DNA from: a candidate division WWE3 bacterium
Lineage (GTDB): Bacteria; Patescibacteriota; 4484-211; GCA-002791395
Direction of reading: 5' to 3'
Assembly (NCBI GenBank): GCA_013335095.1
Contig: JAAXWF010000001.1
Location: 214,797 to 278,796 of the forward strand
DNA length: 64,000 nucleotides
The notes under the pieces: model-generated
The model's input: the letters and a program-made list of their open reading frames with translations, nothing else
Told to the model about the DNA's origin: nothing
The model's database searches: none
Part shown: piece after piece, positions 40,922-50,864 of the stretch
Numbering within the stretch: position 1 is the stretch's first letter
How the letters are laid out: each line of letters starts with the position of its first letter
Translations under genes and position numbers: made by a program

Positions 40922-42085
40922 TTACAAATAATCGGGCATGTATTCTTTGATGTTATCGAGGGTGATTACAAAATGGTCACCACGCCCTTCAGCCATACGC
41001 AATGCGACTTTACGAACTACTGAGTTTATCGTTCGCTCCATTGTACGAATACCTGCATCATACCCAAGCGGCCTAGTGATGCTTGTCCAAACATTTGGCT
41101 CGAATTCAACCGCGTCAGCGGGCATACCAGTTAGTTTTATTTGCCGAGGAAGAAGATAATCACGCGCAATAATAATTTTTTCCTCATCTGAATATCCTGG
41201 CATTTTAATCAGTTCCATACGATCAAGTACCGCATTGCTAATTCCTCCGGTATTGTTTGCCGACGCTAAGAACATTACCTGAGATAGGTTAAAGGGATAA
41301 TCGACATAATAATCTTCAAAAGCAAAGTTCTGCTGAGGATCAAGCAACTCTAGTAAAACGCCCATAATCTGCCCACGAGCCTGCTCAGCAGTTCGGTCGA
41401 CCTCATCCAGTAAGATTACCGGATTTCTCGTTTTCGCCCGTAATAGACCCTTTATAACCTGCCCTGGTTCGGCTTCGGCAGAGGTGCGTGCTTCACCTCG
41501 AAGCTGTAGGGCGCTGCCCATACCTCCACACGGTATACGAATAAATTCGCGATTCATCGCCTTAGCAATAGAGTAAGCGATTGATGTTTTACCGATTCCT
41601 GGTAAACCGACAAAGAATAAAACAGATTGCGCTGCATGTCCTTGATTCTGCTCATCTTCCAGAATGGCGGCACGAGCGGGATCTTCTTTAGCTATTTTTT
41701 GCAAACGGAGGATTGCTATGTACTCTAAAATACGTTGTTTAACACTTTCTAAACCATGATGGGACGAAGTGAGAATCTCGTGTGCCCGATCAATATCAAG
41801 ATTATCCTCGCTCGTATTAGTCCAAGGAAGTTTTGTAACAACATCAATATATTTTTCAATCTGGTCAAAGCTAGCATTAAATGCAGCTTCACCAAATTGT
41901 CGGTTTACACTGGTCAAAAGTCGTAGCAATTTATTAATAAGTTCACTAGGGAGCTCAATTTCAGAAACTTGAGTAGCGATGCGCCGAATATCTTCGACTT
42001 GGATATCGTCAGATGCTAACCATTTCTTCAAACGGTCAATCGGAGATTCTTCGGATAATATTTCAGGGGCGATAGCAACTTCCAT
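40922..42085 (-). CDS. Lon-type AAA+ ATPase module without protease domain
   Basis: LPW, HHGLESVKQRILEY, GLPGIGKTS, ILLDEVD, LLELLDPQQN; ends at the AAA/protease boundary. Confidence 0.88.
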   Translation of the reverse strand: MEVAIAPEILSEESPIDRLKKWLASDDIQVEDIRRIATQVSEIELPSELINKLLRLLTSVNRQFGEAAFNASFDQIEKYIDVVTKLPWTNTSEDNLDIDRAHEILTSSHHGLESVKQRILEYIAILRLQKIAKEDPARAAILEDEQNQGHAAQSVLFFVGLPGIGKTSIAYSIAKAMNREFIRIPCGGMGSALQLRGEARTSAEAEPGQVIKGLLRAKTRNPVILLDEVDRTAEQARGQIMGVLLELLDPQQNFAFEDYYVDYPFNLSQVMFLASANNTGGISNAVLDRMELIKMPGYSDEEKIIIARDYLLPRQIKLTGMPADAVEFEPNVWTSITRPLGYDAGIRTMERTINSVVRKVALRMAEGRGDHFVITLDNIKEYMPDYL

Positions 42086-42130
42086 ACAGAATTAGTATAC
42101 GCAAACAGAAAAAAAAGACAAATACAACAA

Positions 42131-42622
42131 TTACTCTGAGTCAGTAGATTTAGGAGACTCGGCCTGCTCGCTGGGTGCAGATTCTTTAACAGACCCGCCG
42201 GCTTTTGTAATTTTTTCTAATGCCTTGCGAGAAAATTTAAATGGTCCATCAAATACAAAGGCTTTTGTAGTTAAACCGTAGCTTAACACTTTGACGACTT
42301 TTACTTTATTAGAGACTAAATTCTTTTCTTTTAGTCCATCAAGAGTAATAACCGCATTAGTGTCAAAGAATTTGTCTATCTGACTTATATTTAAACTGGT
42401 CGGTTTGACTCGAGAGCTTCTAAACTGTTTACCTCGTAAAAACGGCAACCGAATAACAAATTTAGTTTGTCCACCTTCAAAACCTCCAGCAACATGGTTG
42501 CGTGCTCGTTGACCTGTTTGTCCACGTCCGCTCGTCTTACCTTTTCCGGAAGAATATCCACGACCAACCCTCTTACCTCGTGGATGTACGACTTTAGTTA
42601 GTTTATGCAAAACAGTACTCAT
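42131..42622 (-). CDS. rplO: 50S ribosomal protein L15
   Basis: RVGRGYSSGKGKTSGRGQTGQ, FEGGQ. Confidence 0.97.
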   Translation of the reverse strand: MSTVLHKLTKVVHPRGKRVGRGYSSGKGKTSGRGQTGQRARNHVAGGFEGGQTKFVIRLPFLRGKQFRSSRVKPTSLNISQIDKFFDTNAVITLDGLKEKNLVSNKVKVVKVLSYGLTTKAFVFDGPFKFSRKALEKITKAGGSVKESAPSEQAESPKSTDSE

Positions 42623-43134
42623 TATTTTTTATCCTTTCCTTTGTTTTTCGAAATTCTCCTTGAAGCTTCGGATTTTAACATAGTTAATGCTTCAAGTGTT
42701 GTATCTACGTTACCCTTTTTACTATTAGACCCTAAAATTTTTGCAACAACATTTTGTAGTCCAGCTGCCTCCAAGACCGCTCTTACCGCACCGCCAGCAC
42801 GAATGCCTGTACCTGCTGGAGCTGGTTTTAGTAAAATTCTATTTGCACCCCGTGCCAATTCAATTTCATGCGGAATAGTTCGAGCTTCACCAACGATAGG
42901 AAATGTGATCATTTCTTTACGAGCTCGACGCATTGATTTCTTTACTGCTGGTAAAACTGAAGGAGCGTGCGATAACGCAGATCCGACTTTCCCATTGCGA
43001 TCTCCTACAACAGCTAAGCAGGTAAATCCTAACCGATTTCCACCTTTAGTCTTCTTTGATGTTCGTTTAATTTGAACAACAGTTTCAACAATCTCTTGTT
43101 TATTTTCGTCTCGTGTATTTGAAGTTTCATTCAT
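42622..43134 (-). CDS. rpsE: 30S ribosomal protein S5
   Basis: KKTKGG, VVGDRNGKVG, PAPAGTGIRAGG. Confidence 0.97.
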   Translation of the reverse strand: MNETSNTRDENKQEIVETVVQIKRTSKKTKGGNRLGFTCLAVVGDRNGKVGSALSHAPSVLPAVKKSMRRARKEMITFPIVGEARTIPHEIELARGANRILLKPAPAGTGIRAGGAVRAVLEAAGLQNVVAKILGSNSKKGNVDTTLEALTMLKSEASRRISKNKGKDKK

Positions 43135-43136
43135 AA

Positions 43137-43496
43137 TTAAAACTGTAAACCTCCTTCTCTTGCACCATCAGCAACGGCTTTAATTCGACCATGATAGCGA
43201 TAGCCGGCACGATCAAATACAACTGTTTTTATACCTTTTTCAGTAGCCTGTGCGGCGATTATTTTACCAATTTCAAATGATTTTTCTACTCCTCTTTTAG
43301 TCTTCATATCTACTTTCTTATCATTATCAAGGGATGAAGCACTGCATAATGTTTTCCCCGTTTCATCATTGATAAGTTGTACATAAATATGCTCATTAGA
43401 GCGATATACAACTAATCGTGGTTTATCACCACTACCATTTAGTTTTCGTCGCAATCTAAATTGTCTTTTCTTTCTTAATACTTCTCGTTGATACAT
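43137..43496 (-). CDS. rplR: 50S ribosomal protein L18
   Basis: PRLVVYRSN, VVFDRAGYRYHGR. Confidence 0.98.
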   Translation of the reverse strand: MYQREVLRKKRQFRLRRKLNGSGDKPRLVVYRSNEHIYVQLINDETGKTLCSASSLDNDKKVDMKTKRGVEKSFEIGKIIAAQATEKGIKTVVFDRAGYRYHGRIKAVADGAREGGLQF

Positions 43497-43497
43497 A

Positions 43498-44040
43498 TTA
43501 TCCTCCTGATGCCTTTGCTGCCTTTCCAGGCTTCAATGTAATCTGTTCACCAGCATAACGGATACCTTTTCCTTGATATGGTTCTGGTGGACGAACGCGT
43601 CGAATATTTGCAGCTGTTTGTCCTACTTTTTGTTTATCAATCCCAGTAACCTTTATTAAGCCATTTTCGATATTGAGCTCAACTCCTGCAGGTGGTAAGA
43701 AATCAACCTTATGTGAATATCCAACCGCTAATTCTAAACCCTCACCCTTTTTCTGAACACGATATCCCACGCCGACTAATTCTAACTCACGGGTAAAACC
43801 AGTTGTAACTCCATGAACTGCATTAGCTAATAAACTACGCCATAATCCCCATTGTGCACGAGCTTCTCGGCCTTCACTTACAGGCGTTACGATAAGCTTA
43901 CCTTCTTTGATTTCGATGGTTATGTGGTCTGGAATGTCGAGCGTGAGTTCTCCTTTAGCGCCTTTGACATTAACAACATGACCTTGGGTCTCGATTGTTG
44001 CTCCATTTAATTCAATTGGTTTTTTTCCTATTCTTGACAT
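43498..44040 (-). CDS. rplF: 50S ribosomal protein L6
   Basis: MSRIGKKPI, RPPEPYQGKGIRY. Confidence 0.98.
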   Translation of the reverse strand: MSRIGKKPIELNGATIETQGHVVNVKGAKGELTLDIPDHITIEIKEGKLIVTPVSEGREARAQWGLWRSLLANAVHGVTTGFTRELELVGVGYRVQKKGEGLELAVGYSHKVDFLPPAGVELNIENGLIKVTGIDKQKVGQTAANIRRVRPPEPYQGKGIRYAGEQITLKPGKAAKASGG

Positions 44041-44052
44041 AAATTTATCCTC

Positions 44053-44448
44053 TTACCAAACGTACGCAATAACTTCTCCACCTAAATTTTTCTTCTGTGC
44101 ATCTTGTCCAGACATAACACCCTTACTCGTTGTTACTATGCTGATACCAAATCCACCACGGATTGCAGGAATAGCTTTAGACTTTGTATACTTTCGTAAA
44201 CCTGGCTTACTTACTCGACGAATACCTTCAATAACTGGTTTACCTTGAGCATCATATTTCAATGCAATCAATAAATGTTTTTCAATGCCTTCACCATCAA
44301 CAATAACACCATCAATGAATTCATATGATTCAAGGACTTGTGCAACACCTTCTTTTAATTTGGAATATGGAACCACAACATCGAGCTTGCGAGCGAGATA
44401 TGCGTTTCGGATTCTAGTTAATAAATCAGCAATTGGATCTGTATACAT
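44053..44448 (-). CDS. rpsH: 30S ribosomal protein S8
   Basis: DPIADLLTRIRNA, VSKPGLR, GGEV. Confidence 0.98.
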   Translation of the reverse strand: MYTDPIADLLTRIRNAYLARKLDVVVPYSKLKEGVAQVLESYEFIDGVIVDGEGIEKHLLIALKYDAQGKPVIEGIRRVSKPGLRKYTKSKAIPAIRGGFGISIVTTSKGVMSGQDAQKKNLGGEVIAYVW

Positions 44449-44454
44449 AATTTC

Positions 44455-44649
44455 TTACCAGCTTGATTTTACAACGCCTGGCAACTCTCCTTTCAAGGCT
44501 TTTTCACGAAAACAAATTCTGCATAAACCGAATTTTCGCATGTATCCATGTTTACGACCACAGCGCCAACAACGGTTTACGAGCCGTACACTTGGTTCAT
44601 TTCTTTTAATTCGTTGTATATTCCTATGTTCAGTTGATATCTTAGGCAT
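44455..44649 (-). CDS. rpsN: 30S ribosomal protein S14, Zn type
   Basis: RCWRCGR...[19 protein letters not shown]; start set to MPKIS. Confidence 0.96.
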   Translation of the reverse strand: MPKISTEHRNIQRIKRNEPSVRLVNRCWRCGRKHGYMRKFGLCRICFREKALKGELPGVVKSSW

Positions 44650-45202
44650 TTTGCTCCTTTTCAAACGGCGTTCCAAGCATAGTTAATAATTGACGTGCTT
44701 GTTCATCATTTGTAGCACTCGTAACCAATGTTATTTGTAAACCCCGAGAACGAGTAACTTTATTTGGATTGATCTCCAAAAACGTCATCTGCTCTTCAAA
44801 ACCAAATGAATAATTACCATTTCCATCAAATCCCTTTAATGACAATCCCTGAAAATCTCGCCCGCGTGGAAGGACAAAGTTAAAAACTTTATCTAGAAAA
44901 TGATACATTTTCTTTCCTCGAAGCGTAACTTTAGCACCAACGTCCATGCCTTCTCTTAATGAAAAGGCCGCAATTGATTTTCGAGCTTTCGTAACAACGG
45001 GAGCTTGACCGGTGATTGCTCGAAGCTCTTCAACAGCACTCTCGACTTCCTTAGCATTACCTTTTGCGGCACCCAGTCCCATGTTAATGACAACCTTCTT
45101 GAGAGCCGGAATGGCCATTTTACCACGATAATCACTACGTGCAACCCAGTATGGTACAACTTCTTCAGTATATTTTTGTTGAACAGATTTTATCTCTTTC
45201 AT
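44642..45202 (-). CDS. rplE: 50S ribosomal protein L5
   Basis: KVVINMG, ITGQAP, FDGNGNY. Confidence 0.98.
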   Translation of the reverse strand: MKEIKSVQQKYTEEVVPYWVARSDYRGKMAIPALKKVVINMGLGAAKGNAKEVESAVEELRAITGQAPVVTKARKSIAAFSLREGMDVGAKVTLRGKKMYHFLDKVFNFVLPRGRDFQGLSLKGFDGNGNYSFGFEEQMTFLEINPNKVTRSRGLQITLVTSATNDEQARQLLTMLGTPFEKEQNA

Positions 45203-45507
45203 TATTTAATCTCCTTTTTACATTGTTTACAAAAACGGACCTTATTTTCACCTTCAACTCGATATCCGATACGGGTTTTCATCGAACAATGAGGACAGAC
45301 AACCATGACATTGCTCGCATCAATCGGAGCGGACATTTCGATTCGTCCAGCAGGTCGGTTACCTTGTGCCTTTCTATGCTTCTTTACTAGGTTTAGTCCG
45401 CCAACAACAATACGACCCTCTTGAGGTATTATTTTTTCTACAACGCCTTTACTTCCCCGTTGCTTACCCGTAATAATTTGTACAGTATCATTTATTCTTA
45501 TATTCAT
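45202..45507 (-). CDS. rplX: 50S ribosomal protein L24
   Basis: KOW motif, APIDASNV; CPHC/CKQC. Confidence 0.97.
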   Translation of the reverse strand: MNIRINDTVQIITGKQRGSKGVVEKIIPQEGRIVVGGLNLVKKHRKAQGNRPAGRIEMSAPIDASNVMVVCPHCSMKTRIGYRVEGENKVRFCKQCKKEIK

Positions 45508-45509
45508 AA

Positions 45510-45878
45510 TTACCAGACCTCTTTCGCTAGGGATGCTACTTTTTTATATCCATTATCACGAACTTCGCGAGCAATAGGTCCCATTACCCGAGTTCCGATC
45601 GGCTCGCCATTTTTATCAATAAGTACCGCTGCATTATCATCAAAGCGTACATACGACCCGTCGTCTCGTTTCCTTTCTTTAGCGGTACGTACAATAACCG
45701 CTCGAGCCTTAGTCCCATCGACCATCGAGCTACTTGGATCAACTCCACGCACGACAACCGAGATTTCATCACCAACGTATGCATACTTTTTCTTACTTGT
45801 CCCTGGGATAGAAAGAACTTTCAAAAGTTTCGCACCGCTATTATCAGCTGGTCTTAAAGTTGCTTCGACCTGAATCAT
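45510..45878 (-). CDS. rplN: 50S ribosomal protein L14
   Basis: ADNSGAK, RFDDNAAV, GTRVMGP. Confidence 0.98.
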   Translation of the reverse strand: MIQVEATLRPADNSGAKLLKVLSIPGTSKKKYAYVGDEISVVVRGVDPSSSMVDGTKARAVIVRTAKERKRDDGSYVRFDDNAAVLIDKNGEPIGTRVMGPIAREVRDNGYKKVASLAKEVW

Positions 45879-46114
45879 GCAACCTCCTTAATCGAAATTA
45901 CTTGCCAACTTTTAGTTTTAGAAATTGGACGACATTCTTCAAATTCGACAATGTTACCAATCACGGCTTTATTTTCTGCGTTATGGACATGATACTTCTT
46001 TCGTCGTAGCATTTTCTTTTTATACAAGGGATGCTCTTTTACGACTTCGACCTCCACCACGACGGTTTGATTCATTTTGTCTGATATAACTGTGCCAATT
46101 AATCTTCTTTTCAT
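45875..46114 (-). CDS. rpsQ: 30S ribosomal protein S17
   Basis: SDKMNQT, HPLYKK, ECRPISKTK. Confidence 0.97.
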   Translation of the reverse strand: MKRRLIGTVISDKMNQTVVVEVEVVKEHPLYKKKMLRRKKYHVHNAENKAVIGNIVEFEECRPISKTKSWQVISIKEVA

Positions 46115-46116
46115 AA

Positions 46117-46353
46117 TTATTTAGATTCCTTTCCTACGCTACTATTACTCTCCTGCTTTTGATTTAACAAGGTCAATACCCGCGCTCGATCTCTCTTTAA
46201 AGATTTTAGCTCGTGAACATTATACTGGTTTTCTCCAAAATGTCTTGTGATATCTTTTTTTTCAATATCATGGCGCATTTCTTCGGACTGCTGAGTTAAC
46301 TCTCCTACAGTTTTTTCTTTTATCTTTTTAATAAATTCAGATCGTTTGCTCAT
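46117..46353 (-). CDS. rpmC: 50S ribosomal protein L29
   Basis: LKRDRARVLT; position between rplP and rpsQ. Confidence 0.9.
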   Translation of the reverse strand: MSKRSEFIKKIKEKTVGELTQQSEEMRHDIEKKDITRHFGENQYNVHELKSLKRDRARVLTLLNQKQESNSSVGKESK

Positions 46354-46766
46354 TATGCATTCTCCTTTTTAACAAATCTTGTTTTAACACTCAATTTATG
46401 AAGTCCGCGTCGCATTGCTTCTTTACCGACTTCCTCGGTAACTCCGGTCATTTCAAATAATACATGGCCTGGTTTAATAACCGCAACATAGTGAGAAAAG
46501 GGACCTTTTCCTGAGCCCATTCGCACTTCTGGCGGTTTTTTAGTTATCGGTTTATCGGGGAAAATACGAACCCATAAACGCCCACCACGCTTAACGAAAC
46601 CACGAATAGCCTTACGAGCTGCTTCAATTTCTCGAGAACTAATCCAACCATGCTCAGTTGCCTGCAGACCGTATTCTCCGAATTCCAATGAATTACCTCG
46701 CAGTGCAAGGCCACGATTTTTACCACGATGTGTTCGTCGATATTTTAAGCGCTTTGGTTCTAACAT
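46353..46766 (-). CDS. rplP: 50S ribosomal protein L16
   Basis: [22 protein letters not shown]. Confidence 0.98.
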   Translation of the reverse strand: MLEPKRLKYRRTHRGKNRGLALRGNSLEFGEYGLQATEHGWISSREIEAARKAIRGFVKRGGRLWVRIFPDKPITKKPPEVRMGSGKGPFSHYVAVIKPGHVLFEMTGVTEEVGKEAMRRGLHKLSVKTRFVKKENA

Positions 46767-46769
46767 AGT

Positions 46770-47402
46770 TTAACGTTTCTCCTTTTTCTCTGGTTGCGTA
46801 ATCCACACTTTTACCCCAACAGTACCTTTTTTAGTCTTTGCAAATCGATATGCGTATTTTACATCAGCAGTCAACGTGGAAGTTGGTACCGATCCTTCAT
46901 AAAATTTCTCGGTACGAGCGATGGTATTACCATCAAGCCGCCCTGCGAGTACGATACGAACCCCTTTAGCTCCCGAATCCATTACTTTTTTAAGCGCACC
47001 ACTTACTGCTCGTTTGTAAGGATAGCGTCGTTCTAAAGCACCAGTAATGTTCTCGGCAACTAAAGCCGGAGACAAGTCAACATTTGGTACCTCAACAACG
47101 TTTAATCGTATCCGTCCTTCAATAATGGAGGCCAATTGTTTCTTCACCGCTTCAATCATTGCCCCACCACGTCCGATGACTAGCCCTGGTCTTGCGACCC
47201 TTAAGTCAATGCTGACATCATTATTTGAACGCGAGATAGTAATTTCATCAATACCAGCAGATCCGATCATTTGGTATAAAAGATTACGAATCTTTTCGTC
47301 TTGTTGAAGAAGTTTTGCATAATTTTTATCATCAAACCATACACTTCCCCAGTTCTTTTGAATAATTAACCTAAATCCAGTTGGATGCGTTTTCTGAGCC
47401 AT
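46770..47402 (-). CDS. rpsC: 30S ribosomal protein S3
   Basis: QKTHPTGFRL, RPGLVIGRGG, GVKVWI. Confidence 0.98.
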   Translation of the reverse strand: MAQKTHPTGFRLIIQKNWGSVWFDDKNYAKLLQQDEKIRNLLYQMIGSAGIDEITISRSNNDVSIDLRVARPGLVIGRGGAMIEAVKKQLASIIEGRIRLNVVEVPNVDLSPALVAENITGALERRYPYKRAVSGALKKVMDSGAKGVRIVLAGRLDGNTIARTEKFYEGSVPTSTLTADVKYAYRFAKTKKGTVGVKVWITQPEKKEKR

Positions 47403-47849
47403 TTATTTATTTTCTCCTTTCGCTTGCTTCTTTTCTTTACTTGGGGCAACTTCCTTATCTTTTTCAACAACTGGTTTTGCTTTTACTTGTTTCTTTGGTG
47501 CTACCTTTGGTTCTTCAATAACATTCAAAACGACCCGTATATGACTATATCGTGAACGAATAGTATCGACTTGACCACGAGCCCGATAGTTCGGCTTACG
47601 AATTCGTCGACCTTCATTAATCTGAATTTCACCTAATACTAATCGATCTTCTTTTACGCCTAAATTGGACTTAGCGTTCGCGACTGCTGAATTTACTGCT
47701 TTCAATAAATACTGAGCTGACTTTTTGGGTGAAACACGTAGCAATTCACGAGCCTCATCCAATGGTTTATCTTTTACGAGAGTCGACATAACACGCATTT
47801 TAAATGGCGAATGGCGAATATTTCTTAAGTGTGATAGTACTGTTTGCAT
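47403..47849 (-). CDS. rplV: 50S ribosomal protein L22
   Basis: SPFKMR, SAVANA, RARG..SHI; Lys-rich C-terminal extension. Confidence 0.96.
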   Translation of the reverse strand: MQTVLSHLRNIRHSPFKMRVMSTLVKDKPLDEARELLRVSPKKSAQYLLKAVNSAVANAKSNLGVKEDRLVLGEIQINEGRRIRKPNYRARGQVDTIRSRYSHIRVVLNVIEEPKVAPKKQVKAKPVVEKDKEVAPSKEKKQAKGENK

Positions 47850-48136
47850 TATGATGCTCCTCCATCCTTCGGCATACCCTTCTTAGAATGTCCACCAAAT
47901 TTACGAGTCGGTGCGAATTCACCTAACTTATGGCCAACCATAGATTCAGTAACATACAGTTCTTTAAAATTCTTACCGTCATGTATCATAATGGTATAGC
48001 TAACCATTTTGGGGTGTATAACTGAGTCCCGAGCCCAAGTTTTAATTGGTTTACGCTGACCAGCAGCTTCGAGTGCTTCAATCTTTTTTAATAATTTAGG
48101 GTCTACAAATGGTCCTTTTTTTGCTGATCGTGACAT
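47849..48136 (-). CDS. rpsS: 30S ribosomal protein S19
   Basis: [25 protein letters not shown]. Confidence 0.98.
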   Translation of the reverse strand: MSRSAKKGPFVDPKLLKKIEALEAAGQRKPIKTWARDSVIHPKMVSYTIMIHDGKNFKELYVTESMVGHKLGEFAPTRKFGGHSKKGMPKDGGAS

Positions 48137-48966
48137 TATTTCTTTCTCCTTGACTTAACTATATATTTATTCGAAATTTTATTTTTCTTGCGCGTGCGAA
48201 CACCATGCGCTAGTTTACCATATACGGTCCGAGCAACACGACCTGCACCTGTGCGACCTTCTCCACCACCATGTGGGTGGTCACCAGCGGCCATAGCAGT
48301 TCCGCGAACTTTTGGTCGTCGACCAATATGACGGCTAGCTCCAGCTTTTCCTAGCTTTTTTCGAGCATGTTCAAGATTCGATAACTGTCCAATAGTTGCA
48401 TAACATTCACGGTTAAACAACCGGATCTCACCCGAAGGTAATTTGACATGAACAAGAGCTCCCTCTTTTGCCATAACTCGTGCAACTTGCCCTGCAGAAC
48501 GAACTATTTTTCCACCCTGTCCCGGATTAAGTTCAAGATTATGGACTTCAGTTCCCACTGGGATATCCCGTAGTGGTAATGCATTACCGACACGCACTTT
48601 TGCGCCCTCGCCATTCATAACGGCATCATTAATCTGCAGTCCTTTAGGTGCTAAAATATACCGTTTTTCCCCATCATCATATACTACAAGAGCAATATGC
48701 GCGGAACGATTTGGATCATATTCTAAAGACGCAACGACACCAGAAATATTTACCTTATCATATCGCTTAAAATCGACAAGTCGATACATTCTTTTATTAC
48801 CGCCGCCCTGACCACGGACACTAATAGTACCACGTGATCGTCCCGCATTTTTCTTTAAAGGTACAATAAGACTCTTTTCTGGTCCTTTATTAGACAGGTG
48901 ACCATTTTTTAAGGAAACTCGATGTCTTCGTCCTGCTGAAGTTGGTTTAAATCGCTTAGTTGCCAT
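48136..48966 (-). CDS. rplB: 50S ribosomal protein L2
   Basis: [21 protein letters not shown]. Confidence 0.98.
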   Translation of the reverse strand: MATKRFKPTSAGRRHRVSLKNGHLSNKGPEKSLIVPLKKNAGRSRGTISVRGQGGGNKRMYRLVDFKRYDKVNISGVVASLEYDPNRSAHIALVVYDDGEKRYILAPKGLQINDAVMNGEGAKVRVGNALPLRDIPVGTEVHNLELNPGQGGKIVRSAGQVARVMAKEGALVHVKLPSGEIRLFNRECYATIGQLSNLEHARKKLGKAGASRHIGRRPKVRGTAMAAGDHPHGGGEGRTGAGRVARTVYGKLAHGVRTRKKNKISNKYIVKSRRKK

Positions 48967-49267
48967 CTGCTACCTCCAATACTTTATCGAAACCATCTAT
49001 TCGTTGGCCATTTTTTAACTTTATTACGGCATGTTTTGTTGGAGATGTACGAGATACCTTACGACGCTTCAAATCCTTACGTACTTTACCGTGACGAATT
49101 ATCGTATGGATAGAAACAGCATCAACACCAAAGGTACGCTTCACTGCATCAGCAATTTCTTTCTTATTAGCATCTTTTGCAACAATGAACGAATATTGAC
49201 CCTCTGTTACAAGTCTCATCGTTTTTTCGGTAATCGCTGGTCGAATTAAAATTTGCTTACTTTGCAC
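48956..49267 (-). CDS. rplW: 50S ribosomal protein L23
   Basis: RPAITEK, ANKKEI; GTG start at 49267 assumed. Confidence 0.94.
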   Translation of the reverse strand: MQSKQILIRPAITEKTMRLVTEGQYSFIVAKDANKKEIADAVKRTFGVDAVSIHTIIRHGKVRKDLKRRKVSRTSPTKHAVIKLKNGQRIDGFDKVLEVADGN

Positions 49268-49892
49268 GATTAAATACCTCCTCAATTACTGGTAATACGT
49301 CATTCACCATTACTACTTTATCAGCATTCAGCAACACCACAGGATTTAATAAACGAGCTTCGGTTATCGCTACGTTTGGTAAATTACGAACTGACTTGAC
49401 TAACTGTTCATTTTTCTGCGGTACAACAAAAAGAACTTGTAAGTCTTGTATGGATAGTTTCTTTAATATGTCGACAACAACTTTTGTTTTAGGGTTATCT
49501 ATTTGTACATCATGCAAGCTAATAATTCGCTCGTCTTTTGCCAAGAGAGAGAGTGCACTTCGCAAAGCCTTTTGTCGCATTGGCTTACTAACGCGAATTC
49601 GAACATCAGAGGTTGGAGATATAGGATGAGCATGGCCACCACCGACCCATAGAGGGGAACGAATCGATCCATGTCGAGCTCGGCCAGTACCTTTTTGACG
49701 CCAAGGCTTATGGCCACCACCAGCAACTTCACCACGACTCTTGGTCTTTTTGGTTCCTAATGCTTTTCGCTGACGATGAACATGTATGTATTGAGCAATT
49801 AATTCAGGATTAAATTCTTGTTCAAATAGGACTGATGAGAGTTCGACGTGACCTATTTCTTTTCCATTAATATCGTATTGTTTAGCTTGCAT
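49257..49892 (-). CDS. rplD: 50S ribosomal protein L4
   Basis: [25 protein letters not shown]. Confidence 0.98.
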   Translation of the reverse strand: MQAKQYDINGKEIGHVELSSVLFEQEFNPELIAQYIHVHRQRKALGTKKTKSRGEVAGGGHKPWRQKGTGRARHGSIRSPLWVGGGHAHPISPTSDVRIRVSKPMRQKALRSALSLLAKDERIISLHDVQIDNPKTKVVVDILKKLSIQDLQVLFVVPQKNEQLVKSVRNLPNVAITEARLLNPVVLLNADKVVMVNDVLPVIEEVFNRAK

Positions 49893-50337
49893 TTTCGACT
49901 CCTTCCTCGGCAGACTTTACATTGTATACAACTTTGACAATACTGTGACGAGCCCCCGGTACTGCACCGCGAAGTAAAATCTCATTTTCACGAACTTCAA
50001 TGACATCTAAGTTCTTTACGGTAACGCGAGCTCCGCCCATGCGTCCAGCCATGCGCTGACCTCGCCACACTTTACCAGGATCAGTACCGCCTCCAATAGA
50101 ACCAGGAGCACGATGACGATCTGATTGACCGTGAGTCTTAGGTCCACCAGCAAAGCTCCAGCGCTTTACAACACCGGCAAAGCCCTTACCCTTACTGGTT
50201 CCAATAACCGTAACTACGTCTCCAGATTGTAAGAGGGTGGTATCTTCGACCTTTAATACAGTAACAGGAACAACTGTTCCATCTTCACGGAATATTTGGG
50301 TCATTTCTACTTTTCGTGCGGTCAATTCATTTTTCAT
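49882..50337 (-). CDS. rplC: 50S ribosomal protein L3, short form
   Basis: [32 protein letters not shown]. Confidence 0.96.
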   Translation of the reverse strand: MKNELTARKVEMTQIFREDGTVVPVTVLKVEDTTLLQSGDVVTVIGTSKGKGFAGVVKRWSFAGGPKTHGQSDRHRAPGSIGGGTDPGKVWRGQRMAGRMGGARVTVKNLDVIEVRENEILLRGAVPGARHSIVKVVYNVKSAEEGVENAS

Positions 50338-50346
50338 AAAGCTAAT

Positions 50347-50368
50347 AAAAAGGAGCCTTCCTGGCTCC
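50347..50368 (-). promoter_or_regulatory. terminator-like hairpin in the rplC 5' leader (candidate attenuator)
   Basis: GGAGCC-AGGAA-GGCTCC-TTTTT just upstream of the rplC ATG, downstream of a TTGTCA...TAGAAT promoter. Confidence 0.55.
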
Positions 50369-50571
50369 GCAGCAATTCACAATACCCTAGGATGTAATTA
50401 TCCAATAAGAATCAAAAGAAATTGCATGCGCGATGGTATTCTAACAAAGGGAATTGACTTTGACAAGGCAGAAAACATACAGTCCTCCTCCATGTACGAG
50501 ATGGAATCAACAAAGAGGGGCAGTTGAATAACCTTTTACATCAGCTTATCCATTTACCAAACCCTAGTAAA

Positions 50572-50645
50572 TGGAGGCCTGGAGGGGAATCGAACCCCTG
50601 GTGAGGGTTTTGCAGACCCTGGCCTTACCACTTGGCTACCAGGCC
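50572..50645 (-). tRNA. tRNA-Cys (GCA)
   Basis: Reverse complement GGCCTGGTAGCCAAGTGGTAAGGCC-AGGGT-CTGCAAA-ACCCT-CACCAGGGGTTCGATTCCCCTCCAGGCCTCCA. Confidence 0.97.
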
Positions 50646-50864
50646 ATCCCGTAACTGAAAGGCTAATCAAACTTTATCAATCGGCAATGCCGTTTATTGG
50701 ATAAAATTTTGTTCGTTTTGATTATAACAGGTTATGTCGGGAAATCTGTCTTTTGTAGTCAACCGGCTCACGTATTAGGTAAATACAGAACCTTCTTGGA
50801 ATACAGCTGCTCTGATCTAAATAAATAATTTTGTTACCAGACTAAAGTATAGTAAAATTGCTTT

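Noticed and set aside
2443-50527. Many short antisense or alternate-frame ORFs in the track (e.g. 3251..3601, 10329..10652, 34479..34736, 42605..43075, 45421..45873)
   Set aside because: They lie within well-conserved genes and have no motifs or start signals; shadow ORFs.
50467-50571. Weak hairpins between tRNA-Cys and the rplC promoter
   Set aside because: Short stems only (TCCAT/ATGGA, CCTC/GAGG); cannot be distinguished from chance or a tRNA trailer.
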